A stretch of DNA of 51,197 nt. It comes from a virus (taxonomy: Duplodnaviria > Caudoviricetes). A program made the translations under genes and the position numbers. Of this stretch, positions 25,256 through 33,987 are shown one piece after another. Within the stretch, counting starts at the first letter, position 1, and each line of letters begins with the position of its first letter. The notes under the pieces are model-generated. The model saw only the letters and a list, made by a program, of their open reading frames with translations. It had not been told where the DNA came from and ran no database searches. The stretch spans positions 1-51,197 of IMG/VR virus record IMGVR_UViG_3300005663_000062. One strand, 5' to 3'.

Positions 25256-26370
25256 TTTATCGGTGGACTACCCTTGCTTTCAGCCAATCTTCTAAAAAAA
25301 CTGGCCCGTTTTGTTATTTTTACTATATCTCCACCAAATAAGGAATGCTTTTTTTCTATTTTTATTAACATTGCTTTATGTTTACAGACAGTCTTAAATC
25401 CTATGCTATGACATAACTTTTCCCAATCACCCTCAAAATCTACAATCTTTTTATTCCTTACGAAATTCTTAACAACCCAGATAGCATGACCTCCCGGCTT
25501 TAGTATCTTGTGGCACTGCTCAAGTATCTCTTTAGCGGCTTGCCAGAAGGTGGGGCCTTTAACTTCACCTAACTGGCCTTCTGTTTCACCGTAATGTTTT
25601 GACTTGCCCCCCGTTAAGTCTTTTCCAGATTGCCAATTAGATTCATTTCTTTGTACGCCCGATGCTATTACTGCGCTTCCTTCATACGGCGGGCTCGACA
25701 CCACTAAGTCCACGTCCCCGGCCTTGAGATTGCCGAGATTGCCTTTGGTCTGGCCATAACTTTGCTTGCGAGGCTTACTATCGTGTATCTGTTGGCGCTT
25801 TGCTGGCGTATCTCCAACAGCGCCAATATTTACATTATTCTCTATAAATGGTGGACTTGAGATGACCATATCCACCTTACCGGGCTTCATTGCGCCGAGT
25901 TGGCCGGGGGTCTGGCCGTAATCGTCCTTTTGAGTTTTGCTGAGTTTTTCAAATTCTATTTGTGCAGGTGGTTGCCTTACCGAGAACGGCGGACTCGAAA
26001 TAATAAGCTCTACTGATTCTTCCACTACTTCGCACAGTTTCCGGGAATCGCCCTGAATAATCACAGGATAAGGACAGCCGAACTCTTCAAAGCCCCTGCG
26101 GTGAAGCTCGAAGTTCTGCTTGGCTAATTCCACGAATTTCTGCTCAAGCTCTACGCATATCACCTGATAGCCGTCATAAGCCCCCAGAATGCCCGTAGAG
26201 CCGATTCCTCCGAACGGGTCAACTATTACACCGCCCCACCCCTCGTCCTTACAGTGGTCGAGGATACGCTTTAAGAGGCCATAACTCATCTTCGCCGGAT
26301 GCTGAAAACTTTCCGGTGCGATGTGGTCTTTCCAGCTATCGTTGTAGCAGTTTATCCAACTATTTTCCAT
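25216..26370 (-). CDS. DNA amino-methyltransferase (N4-C/N6-A) with triplicated motif IV
   Basis: HPAKM, motif I DPFGGIGST, QGDSR, SPPF/SPPF/SPPY, ILKPGG. Confidence 0.88.
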   Translation of the reverse strand: MENSWINCYNDSWKDHIAPESFQHPAKMSYGLLKRILDHCKDEGWGGVIVDPFGGIGSTGILGAYDGYQVICVELEQKFVELAKQNFELHRRGFEEFGCPYPVIIQGDSRKLCEVVEESVELIISSPPFSVRQPPAQIEFEKLSKTQKDDYGQTPGQLGAMKPGKVDMVISSPPFIENNVNIGAVGDTPAKRQQIHDSKPRKQSYGQTKGNLGNLKAGDVDLVVSSPPYEGSAVIASGVQRNESNWQSGKDLTGGKSKHYGETEGQLGEVKGPTFWQAAKEILEQCHKILKPGGHAIWVVKNFVRNKKIVDFEGDWEKLCHSIGFKTVCKHKAMLIKIEKKHSLFGGDIVKITKRASFFRRLAESKGSPPINWEMVICTQKPKE

Positions 26371-26484
26371 ATTTCTCTCTAAAGCAGTTTATCGTATTTA
26401 TACTATTGCAACTCCAGCATTTAGAATGCCGTTTTTTACTCACAAAAGAGCAGCCGCAGTCATAACAAAATTGAGGATAGAATA

Positions 26485-26703
26485 TCATTTCTCCTTACGC
26501 CAATACTTGTTTGCACATTTTTGGTAACGAAATAACTTATCAGCTATCACCCAGTACAGCATGTCCTTCTCAGGCCACCACCCGCAGCCACAGGCACACG
26601 CTACGTCTTCGATAGGCTTGCACTGCTCTTGCTCCCGTTTGGCAGCCTTAGCGAGCTTGCGGGCACGTTCACGGTCTTGGATGGAGGTGTGTTTCTTCGC
26701 CAT
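26485..26703 (-). CDS. hypothetical protein (CACGCG)
   Basis: TAATG coupling to the YopX gene. Confidence 0.55.
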   Translation of the reverse strand: MAKKHTSIQDRERARKLAKAAKREQEQCKPIEDVACACGCGWWPEKDMLYWVIADKLFRYQKCANKYWRKEK

Positions 26704-27095
26704 TAGGATTCCTCATGTATGTGGCCGGTGACTTCAAGACTATACCATTCATACCAGATATTATCTGTGCTATCATCTGGCATATCTTCGACTTTTGTAT
26801 CTAAACGTCTTTGTGAAAAACAGCCTCCGTAGTAAACAACTTCAAAATCAACAGGATGGTCAAGGTGTTTGTGCGTATATCTTACTTTATCCCCCTCGTA
26901 AATCTCCACGCCGTTCTTGTCTTTGAGGCCGGTGTATTGTTCGAGGATAACATTGTATCCGTGTTCTTCTTTGCAGTCCTCGATGTCCTGAAGAAATTCC
27001 AATAGCGTCCTATCTTCTTGCATACTGTGCTTTTGTCCGGGCAATGTTTTGTTTTTGCCGTCCGTAAACCACGCTCTAACTTTTATCTCTCTCAT
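26703..27095 (-). CDS. YopX family protein
   Basis: MREIKVRAW...QYTGLKDKNGVEIYEGD...EVTGHIHE. Confidence 0.88.
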   Translation of the reverse strand: MREIKVRAWFTDGKNKTLPGQKHSMQEDRTLLEFLQDIEDCKEEHGYNVILEQYTGLKDKNGVEIYEGDKVRYTHKHLDHPVDFEVVYYGGCFSQRRLDTKVEDMPDDSTDNIWYEWYSLEVTGHIHEES

Positions 27096-27508
27096 TTCTT
27101 TGCCCTCAATTCGTTATACATAGATTTATACATGAGTCCGATACCGATTATCTTGCCGTGATAAGACTGGTTTTTGTCTAAAAATACCAATTTGTCATAT
27201 ACATCCTGCCCATATTTTTCTATTACAAATTCTTTGTAAACAGCTTCTTTGCCCTGATGAAAGCCGTTACAGTCCTTACATTGAGCATGAATATTCCGCT
27301 CATCAAAATAAACGCCACTTAAACCACCCCGGCCTTTGGGAATACAATGGCCTGCATCGCAATTCTTGTTATAGATAATTATTCTTGGACAGGTACAGCA
27401 CTTCACGTATCCAAAAGGCGTTTCTGGATATTGATTTTGATATTCTATCGCGTCCCTGAGCCGGATATACTTACTGCACCACTTCCATGCGGTTTTCTTA
27501 GCTGTCAT
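27092..27508 (-). CDS. ninG: NinG/Rap-like recombination endonuclease
   Basis: SKYIRLRD...CCTC...DAGH...FDERNIHAQCKDCN. Confidence 0.85.
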   Translation of the reverse strand: MTAKKTAWKWCSKYIRLRDAIEYQNQYPETPFGYVKCCTCPRIIIYNKNCDAGHCIPKGRGGLSGVYFDERNIHAQCKDCNGFHQGKEAVYKEFVIEKYGQDVYDKLVFLDKNQSYHGKIIGIGLMYKSMYNELRAKK

Positions 27509-27729
27509 TTCGTCTCCTTCAAGATTCCCATAGCATTACGGATTCGGAGCAGCCCGATAGACATATTGTAAACTACCTGTTCAGGGTTAGCGTCCATGCC
27601 TTTTTTGGGTACGGTCGCTTGAACAACATCTTTTGGACATTCCATTATTTCTACAAGCATATCCCGTAACCGCTTATTCTCATCCTTCAAGTCGGCTATC
27701 TCTTGCACTAAGTCATCTGTCTTGGACAT
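27505..27729 (-). CDS. hypothetical protein
   Basis: AAAGGAG RBS. Confidence 0.55.
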   Translation of the reverse strand: MSKTDDLVQEIADLKDENKRLRDMLVEIMECPKDVVQATVPKKGMDANPEQVVYNMSIGLLRIRNAMGILKETK

Positions 27730-27741
27730 GGTTTACTCCTT

Positions 27742-28023
27742 TTAAGTCCATTGATGTTCTCTGTATGCACCGCCATCAGGTTCATCTATATCGGCTTTGG
27801 TCAATACCTCGGTGCAGTCCTCGCAGTAGCCTACAATCAATTCTTCTGATTTTACTTTGCACCGCTTGCATTCTTGTATGCACACCTGCCTGGCTTTGGC
27901 CTCTACGCATATCAGTTGGCTAATAATAGGGCCGTTGTCCTGTAGGGTTATAGTTTCGCACTGGCATTTGCCCTTTTTGTTATTGCAACATTTGAACTGT
28001 CTGCATTTGATTATTTTTGTCAT
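27742..28023 (-). CDS. Cys-rich hypothetical protein
   Basis: AGGAG RBS before MTKIIKC; multiple Cys. Confidence 0.5.
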   Translation of the reverse strand: MTKIIKCRQFKCCNNKKGKCQCETITLQDNGPIISQLICVEAKARQVCIQECKRCKVKSEELIVGYCEDCTEVLTKADIDEPDGGAYREHQWT

Positions 28024-28033
28024 TGGTTTACTC

Positions 28034-28363
28034 CTACGTACTGTCAAGATGCCTGTAAATTGACTGATAGCCGTTAAGTTGTGCCATCAACGCCGTAAGG
28101 TTGCTTATACAGGCTTTATATCCACTCTCGGCCAGTTCAAGCCTCTCTCTGTCGGGGGCGCAAACTTTCTTGGCTATCTTCTCGATAAGCGTAGCGGGGA
28201 ATTTGCCTTCGTCCTTCAGGGTTACAATCGCTATGCCAAGTCGCATATCGTAGTTGGATATGGCTTTAGCCCTTTCTGCGCCCTTGCCCTCTATCTGCTT
28301 GCGGAATTTGCCTATCTCTATAACGATAGACTCTATCCTATCAGCTACTTGTTTAACTTCCAT
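28034..28363 (-). CDS. helical recombination-mediator-like protein (UvsY-like, tentative)
   Basis: AE..YK..I..L......LNGYQSI pattern; next to the SSB-like gene. Confidence 0.45.
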   Translation of the reverse strand: MEVKQVADRIESIVIEIGKFRKQIEGKGAERAKAISNYDMRLGIAIVTLKDEGKFPATLIEKIAKKVCAPDRERLELAESGYKACISNLTALMAQLNGYQSIYRHLDST

Positions 28364-28390
28364 AGTCTGTACCTTTCGTCAAAAAACTGC

Positions 28391-28897
28391 TCAAAACCCA
28401 AGTTCGTCCTCGCCCGGCATCTTCTTTTTAGTGCCTTCGATAAACCACGTTGCCATAATATCAGAAAGTTCGAGCAACTTGCCGACAATATCAAAGCCAA
28501 CACCTTCCTTTGTTATCCATGCAGCTACGACCTCGCCAGCTACCTTGCCTGCTGTCTGGCGGCATATCATCTCGTCTTTGCCTGTTGGTTGTACTATCGT
28601 CCTCGCTGTGGCGTTTGACTGTTGAGCGGCCTGTCCGTCACCCTGAGAGGCGCTTTGATACGCCTGACGATACTCAGGATTGACCTTCTTAAACTTTACG
28701 CCGTGTTCGGTATTCTTTATCTCAAAAGTGATTTCTTCGCCCACGTTCATAGGGTAAGGCTGAGACTTCGAGCCTATCTCGCCGGTTATCTGGCCTTCGC
28801 CCGCTACGTCAATCGTCATCATTGACGTATTGATGTAACCGTTTTGGCTCTGGTAGCCACCGTTAGGCTGTATGCTTTTAATTATTCCTGTTTTCAT
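28391..28897 (-). CDS. single-stranded DNA-binding-like protein
   Basis: OB-like N-terminus, Q/A-rich linker, I.RQ.A.K.A motif, acidic aromatic tail EDELGF. Confidence 0.55.
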   Translation of the reverse strand: MKTGIIKSIQPNGGYQSQNGYINTSMMTIDVAGEGQITGEIGSKSQPYPMNVGEEITFEIKNTEHGVKFKKVNPEYRQAYQSASQGDGQAAQQSNATARTIVQPTGKDEMICRQTAGKVAGEVVAAWITKEGVGFDIVGKLLELSDIMATWFIEGTKKKMPGEDELGF

Positions 28898-28898
28898 G

Positions 28899-29228
28899 TC
28901 ATTGTCCTTTCTCTTCAATTAATTCTTTCGGGTATCCACACAGGATTTCCGAATATTCATCTTTCTTAGCTCTCAATCGCCATATCGCTTCTTTGCCTTC
29001 GTCCCTGCCACTAACGAGTAACGCTTCCGGGTGTTCTGTACGGTAGTATATATTCTCCTGCCAGCAAGTTTCGTCAACGACAGTTACCGTCTGGACGTAC
29101 CATTTACCTCTCTGCTTAACCTTACCGATATACATTATCGTAGCCCGGACACAGTCAGCGTGGGGAGTGAGCTTAGTGTACTCCGTATCCTTATAGAGAG
29201 GCATTTCGTAAACGTCTCGCAGATTCAT
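28899..29228 (-). CDS. hypothetical protein (possible OB fold)
   Basis: AGGAG RBS; VQTVTVVDET. Confidence 0.5.
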   Translation of the reverse strand: MNLRDVYEMPLYKDTEYTKLTPHADCVRATIMYIGKVKQRGKWYVQTVTVVDETCWQENIYYRTEHPEALLVSGRDEGKEAIWRLRAKKDEYSEILCGYPKELIEEKGQ

Positions 29229-29302
29229 GCTCTGTCTCCTGTATTGCTTTCATTATCAGTCTGCGCATCTTACGCACGTCTTTTCTCGGATAGCAGTCGC
29301 CT

Positions 29303-29620
29303 TCAGACTCTGCCATCGCCTGGATTGCTTGCGGGGGAGTTTTCATTATCTTCCTCTTTTTTCATAAGCTCTTTTGCTACAAGTGCCAACGGATTATCTG
29401 AGTCAATGTCGTAAGATAATTTCCCGCCCCATTTATTATAAAGTTGGTACACCTCAAATTCTGCAATAAATACACCCTGATAAACAACAACAATCCCTTC
29501 ATAGGCAAGGTGGACGCCATCAGCAAATGGAGCCTTATCACCAATTTTGTAGTGTGCCATACAACACTCTCCAGATTTTATCTGTATATATTTTTCACCA
29601 AATTCATCATAAAGTCCCAT
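29303..29620 (-). CDS. hypothetical protein
   Basis: MGLYD start; AGGAG RBS. Confidence 0.6.
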   Translation of the reverse strand: MGLYDEFGEKYIQIKSGECCMAHYKIGDKAPFADGVHLAYEGIVVVYQGVFIAEFEVYQLYNKWGGKLSYDIDSDNPLALVAKELMKKEEDNENSPASNPGDGRV

Positions 29621-29624
29621 TTTC

Positions 29625-29834
29625 TCATTCTCCTATACATTCTGGACATTTCAGTTTATTGATACAGCACTTCGGCACAGGGTCGCTTCTGTACCTCTTG
29701 CCACAGGCTACGCACAGCATGCGCCACGGCTTCGATAGTACGCCTCTTGACCGGAGTAGCAGCAGGTCGGATTCCCGCATATCACGCTCTAAGGCGTGGC
29801 GTAAGCCTATCATGCCGGGGAAGTCTTGTTTCAT
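29625..29834 (-). CDS. hypothetical Zn-finger protein
   Basis: CVAC...CPEC. Confidence 0.5.
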   Translation of the reverse strand: MKQDFPGMIGLRHALERDMRESDLLLLRSRGVLSKPWRMLCVACGKRYRSDPVPKCCINKLKCPECIGE

Positions 29835-30256
29835 GGCTTCTCCTTGATGAGTTCGAGTTGAAGATAGCGAACGGCTAAACTGTTCAGTGGATATTTCAAT
29901 CCTCGTTTGCTTCTTTTCTTGATATAGTAACCCCCGTCATGGAATACGACGGTAGTCGTACCGTACATTCTTCTGAGCGTAGAGTTTTTACTTGGCGGTC
30001 TGCCGTTCAATGTCCTGTCCCCTATTTTTCTTGTCGATTGCAGGGTATCCCCCGCGAACACCTTATCGCCGTTCTTGTCGTCACAAACGTAGGGCAGGAT
30101 AGATAACTCCGTTATTTTGCAATTACATAAAAGTGGCGTAAATTCATTGTTACCATGCCAAGCCTCAAATGGATATTTTTGATAGAGAGGCTTTGCACCG
30201 TCGAATTTCATATACCCAACCGTCTTGCCGTCTTTCTTAAGTTTGAACAGGTTCAT
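29831..30256 (-). CDS. YopX-like protein (divergent)
   Basis: YVCDDKNGDKVFAGD and V.FHDGGY. Confidence 0.55.
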   Translation of the reverse strand: MNLFKLKKDGKTVGYMKFDGAKPLYQKYPFEAWHGNNEFTPLLCNCKITELSILPYVCDDKNGDKVFAGDTLQSTRKIGDRTLNGRPPSKNSTLRRMYGTTTVVFHDGGYYIKKRSKRGLKYPLNSLAVRYLQLELIKEKP

Positions 30257-30672
30257 TCCTTCTTTCCTTTGAGTAGTTCCGGGTTTTGATGGGCGTTGCC
30301 GATGATTTCAAAATCTATATAGTCATAAGTCGCAAGGGGGTATGAAGTCCGTCCATCGTCCCATTCAAAATAGACTCTCAGTTTTTTATCATCCCACTTG
30401 ACAATCCCTATATGTCCATTGTCGTCTTTGACCTTATCGCTAAAATAGCATTCTGTGTGCTTCTTATCCTTGAGGCCGACTTGCTGGCCTACTGTGCTTG
30501 GCTGGACTTCGATGAAATCTGTCTTGAGAAATAATATGTTTTTAGCGTTAATATCATCAGGTGAGGTAACAAACGGCACTATATAATGTTTATCTACAAC
30601 TTTAACATACCACCCATACACGAACTTCTTGCCGTCTATGGGGATGGCGCGGTAGGGTCTTGGATTGGTCAT
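30253..30672 (-). CDS. YopX family protein
   Basis: YRA.....FVYG...EV.P.TVGQ..GLKDK...EIIGNAHQNPELL. Confidence 0.82.
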   Translation of the reverse strand: MTNPRPYRAIPIDGKKFVYGWYVKVVDKHYIVPFVTSPDDINAKNILFLKTDFIEVQPSTVGQQVGLKDKKHTECYFSDKVKDDNGHIGIVKWDDKKLRVYFEWDDGRTSYPLATYDYIDFEIIGNAHQNPELLKGKKE

Positions 30673-30832
30673 ATTTTATCCCATCTTTCTTCTTTTAACT
30701 TTTCTATAAGTACTGATAATTCGTTTTGCCAAATCACAGTAGGAAAAACTATTTCTGCTTTTGGGAAATCTCCACGCCATATTTTTAACGCCTGCAAGAT
30801 TAACCTCTTTTCTATGTTTGTTAATTCTGGGT

Positions 30833-31261
30833 TCATAATTTCACCTCTATCATTCTAACGCCCCAATTTAACGCTTCCTGATGCGTCGGGAAGAACACGT
30901 CAAGCCTTCGCCCCTTAATAGCGCCGCCCCTGTCCAATACCTCGGCATATCCATATCCCTTAATATCAATCCATGTTCCAAAAGGTATCGACTTAGGGGC
31001 GGCAATGAATTTGTCTCCATGAGCTATCATGTGGCCACTTGCTGTTACGTAATCACTGTATCGGCCACAGCAGAGTTTACACGGGCAGTAGGCCGTAACT
31101 CTCCATATCTGTGAAGTCTGCTCCTGTGGGGTGTCAGGGGCTTGTGTGGGGGTATGGCGGCACTCCGTTGCCTTGCCTCCTGCCCATACCGTTACTATTA
31201 GAATAGTTATTGCAAATAGTATATAACCAGAAATCATCGCTATTTTGTCTACCTTACTCAT
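30833..31261 (-). CDS. 3D-domain (MltA-like Asp-Asp-Asp) protein with N-terminal TM anchor
   Basis: VTAYCPCKLCCG...TASG...IPFGT.I.I.GYG...V.DRGGAIKG.RLDVFF..H.EALNWG; likely start MSKVDK. Confidence 0.88.
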   Translation of the reverse strand: MSKVDKIAMISGYILFAITILIVTVWAGGKATECRHTPTQAPDTPQEQTSQIWRVTAYCPCKLCCGRYSDYVTASGHMIAHGDKFIAAPKSIPFGTWIDIKGYGYAEVLDRGGAIKGRRLDVFFPTHQEALNWGVRMIEVKL

Positions 31262-31542
31262 GTTATCTCTTTCGCCTCCTTTAGGGCTTGTCTTAAGCCG
31301 CAAGTGCATTTAATCTTATCTGTTGGTAATATTGCGTGATAGTAAGGGCAGTCCCTTAGGTGGTTACCGTATTTCTTAAGTGCTTGCAGTAGCTTGTCGT
31401 ATTTGTTTTTCTCTTTCAGCAAGCCGAGAGTTAGTAAGTCAATATCCTTCATTTGTTTTTCTTCTCCAAGAAATTGACCTACGCTTATTGCTTCGTACAC
31501 AGCGCCTTCAGCTTGCTGTTTAAGTTCTTCTATTCTATCCAT
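31258..31542 (-). CDS. hypothetical protein
   Basis: AGGAG RBS; YG.H...C...CTCGL motif. Confidence 0.6.
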   Translation of the reverse strand: MDRIEELKQQAEGAVYEAISVGQFLGEEKQMKDIDLLTLGLLKEKNKYDKLLQALKKYGNHLRDCPYYHAILPTDKIKCTCGLRQALKEAKEIT

Positions 31543-31636
31543 AATTCTTTACTCCTAAAATAAAGGGCGGTCAGGGTCGTCCGAGCTTTGCATAGAATTA
31601 ACTTCCTTGTATTTATCCTGCCGCCCTTTCATGCCT

Positions 31637-31972
31637 TTACTCAATCAATGCTTTTAATTCTGCTTCTGCTTTGTCGCATCTCGTTCTGAAATTATCATAC
31701 CAGCCTTTTTCTTCTGTTCTTAGACTGGATATTTTACGGTAAGCCGCTAAGAGTATTGCTATTTTCTCATTCGGCGGTTTATCAACACAGTCGGGACAGA
31801 AATTGCCATCACCTGAGCCGCTAAAATGGACAGCGTGGCTATACTCTATCATCTCACCTTTTTTCTTACAGTCATAGCATGCACACTTGCCACAACCGAG
31901 GCATATATAAGTCAAGCCTCCATTATCGCATGTATCACAAAAATCTACCTGTTTCGTAATGGCTTTCTTCAT
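31637..31972 (-). CDS. Cys-rich hypothetical protein
   Basis: AAAGGAG RBS; four CxxC. Confidence 0.65.
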   Translation of the reverse strand: MKKAITKQVDFCDTCDNGGLTYICLGCGKCACYDCKKKGEMIEYSHAVHFSGSGDGNFCPDCVDKPPNEKIAILLAAYRKISSLRTEEKGWYDNFRTRCDKAEAELKALIE

Positions 31973-32124
31973 TTCTATTCTCCTTTACTGTGTTTATTTC
32001 GTCTATATCTTGTTATCGCTTTAGTTCTAAATAATAGGGACGGGCTTTTAGTGGAGGAAAGGAGAAAGGATTTGACCCGTCCCTTGAGTTGCTTGATTAA
32101 CTTTTTACAGAGCGTTATAAGTGC

Positions 32125-32520
32125 TTACTGGGACTCTGCCGAATTGATGGCGGCTTTGATTTGCTCGTATATTATATTTATCTTCGTACCTTGTTTGTTT
32201 ATGCCCATTGGTATTGTTACATTGCTTAATAGTATTCTGGCATTCTTGCACGCATCTAATAACTCAGGTGCGGCGGCTATGAGATTAGCGTGGACTTCGT
32301 CTTCTTCTGCGTTGCAATCATCTTCTCCGTACCAGATAACCATAGCTATAGTAACGAAAGCGCCATCATCGCCTTTGTATCCAACGAAAATACAATCTTC
32401 ATCTTCACATTTTCTCGTTATCCATTTTTTTTCACTCATATCATCCTCACTTTCTTTGATTCTCTCTTCCAGCCCCTTAACCTCTACAAGGCTGTGCCTG
32501 CCGAATGTGGCTATGTTCAT
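32125..32520 (-). CDS. phage protein with ANLIAAAPELL motif
   Basis: Widespread phage early-protein motif; an internal start MSEKKW with GAGG RBS is also plausible. Confidence 0.65.
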   Translation of the reverse strand: MNIATFGRHSLVEVKGLEERIKESEDDMSEKKWITRKCEDEDCIFVGYKGDDGAFVTIAMVIWYGEDDCNAEEDEVHANLIAAAPELLDACKNARILLSNVTIPMGINKQGTKINIIYEQIKAAINSAESQ

Positions 32521-32524
32521 GGTT

Positions 32525-33022
32525 CTATCCCTTGTCCTGTTTGGCTTTGAGTATGACTTGGCCGAGTTTGCGATGGATTTCTTCGGCTACTCCAATCTTA
32601 AACCAGTCAGCTTTGCCTCGTGTTCCAAGCCAAACGTATCCTTGCCTCATGCAATCCATTACTATATCGTTGCCACATGCTCCATCGGAGCTATTCCATT
32701 GCTCCAGTGGCTTTATGGCTTTGAGGTCGTCGCCGAGATTGCCTAATAATGTATGACCAGAAAACGGTTTATTTACAACTACACCAGAGCCTTGTTTAGC
32801 TCCAAATAGCTCAATATCTCCTTTGCGTTTTGCATACAGAAACATTGTACCATCCGAATTCACCCCGTAGTCTAAGTGCCTCAGTTCCGGCTTCGGCTTC
32901 TTCTCCTCTGCTACCAGCTTCGCCAGTCTGTCAACTTCATTATTGGCTTCGGCAAGGGCTAAGTCCCTGTCTTTCTTTGCCTGTTCTAACTGTGTTTCGA
33001 GTTGTTGCTTGCTCATGTTCAT
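32525..33022 (-). CDS. hypothetical protein (N-terminal coiled coil)
   Basis: AGGAG RBS before MNMSK. Confidence 0.6.
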   Translation of the reverse strand: MNMSKQQLETQLEQAKKDRDLALAEANNEVDRLAKLVAEEKKPKPELRHLDYGVNSDGTMFLYAKRKGDIELFGAKQGSGVVVNKPFSGHTLLGNLGDDLKAIKPLEQWNSSDGACGNDIVMDCMRQGYVWLGTRGKADWFKIGVAEEIHRKLGQVILKAKQDKG

Positions 33023-33058
33023 TCTCCTAAATATCAAGTTCCATAAGCCCGCCCAATG

Positions 33059-33286
33059 TTACTTGGACGGTAGTGCGGAGCTTAATCTTTTAATACAATG
33101 ACCCCGCCAAACCAATTCACAAGTTTGAGGCATATCTCTATCTCTTGGAGCATAATCACAGAAACATCTATGCCATAATGCAGGTCCACCATCTTTGTCA
33201 TATAAAAAATATTGGCATATCTCCGCTTTTACATAATCCCCTTCTGTATTCGCCTTTCTTATCTGGGCAGTATCTATTGTTTTCAT
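33059..33286 (-). CDS. hypothetical protein, first gene of the minus-strand early operon
   Basis: AAAGGAG RBS. Confidence 0.55.
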   Translation of the reverse strand: MKTIDTAQIRKANTEGDYVKAEICQYFLYDKDGGPALWHRCFCDYAPRDRDMPQTCELVWRGHCIKRLSSALPSK

Positions 33287-33433
33287 TTCATTCTCCTTTC
33301 AAGAGATAAAATACCGAGGACGGAGGGTGAAGAGCACTGCCGAATTGGTCAGAACAACTCCGCCTCGGTACAAAACTACGTTGATTGTTTTCGTGCTCTT
33401 CATTTTCACGTTCTCTATTAATTTGTCACTATT

Positions 33434-33463
33434 ACTATCGGATATTAGAACCGAAAACTTCAA
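33434..33463 (-). promoter_or_regulatory. putative leftward early promoter
   Basis: TTGAAG-N18-GATAGT in an AT-rich gap; its -10 context (CGATAGT) parallels CGATAAT at 20379-20385. Confidence 0.35.
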
Positions 33464-33534
33464 TAATTACCAGAAAATTCTTGCGAGAAATATGCACTTT
33501 TTTACAAGTATTGAATTGTCAATTACTTACAAGC

Positions 33535-33572
33535 GAAAATAATAGAGACAGTGACGTCGTGCCACTGCCTCT
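33535..33572 (-). terminator. terminator ending the late/lipoprotein transcript
   Basis: AGAGGCAGUGGC-5 nt-GUCACUGUCUCU then AUUAUUUU. Confidence 0.6.
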
Positions 33573-33603
33573 ACCGGAGGGTGAATGAGCTTTTGTTATT
33601 TTA

Positions 33604-33987
33604 CTAAAATGCGAGTTGCATATATTCTATAATATTAGGCGCGTATTTCTCTATGGCTTTTTGAGATACCGAACCTAACAGCCTTACCTTTAATCCCAAG
33701 AATAAACCCAACTCATAATCTGACTGTTCCGGCAACTCTGCCAACCTGTCAAGTTCGATTATGGCATCAGTAACTTCATTCGGAAGCTCGTTTATTCTAC
33801 TGCCGAGAGCGCCTTTGATAAATCCAGACTGGATAGGCCAGACGGACAGACAGTTTGTAGATACTTCCCGTATCGTCTCAGCATTCTTAACGTTCTCAAT
33901 AGATAAGTCGATAGCAGATTTCCTTATAGTAGCACAGCCGCTACTCAGTAGAAACGCCACCAATAAGATTGTCATTGTTTTCTTCAT
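33604..33987 (-). CDS. lipoprotein
   Basis: MKKTMTILLVAFLLSSG-C lipobox. Confidence 0.7.
   Translation of the reverse strand: MKKTMTILLVAFLLSSGCATIRKSAIDLSIENVKNAETIREVSTNCLSVWPIQSGFIKGALGSRINELPNEVTDAIIELDRLAELPEQSDYELGLFLGLKVRLLGSVSQKAIEKYAPNIIEYMQLAF

Noticed and set aside
26703-30672. Three YopX-like genes as a novel system
   Set aside because: Multiple YopX paralogs are common in phage early regions.
31826-32746. 306-aa plus-strand ORF
   Set aside because: Antisense shadow of three minus-strand genes with good RBSs and known motifs; composition (S/L/F-rich) is typical of reverse-frame translation.
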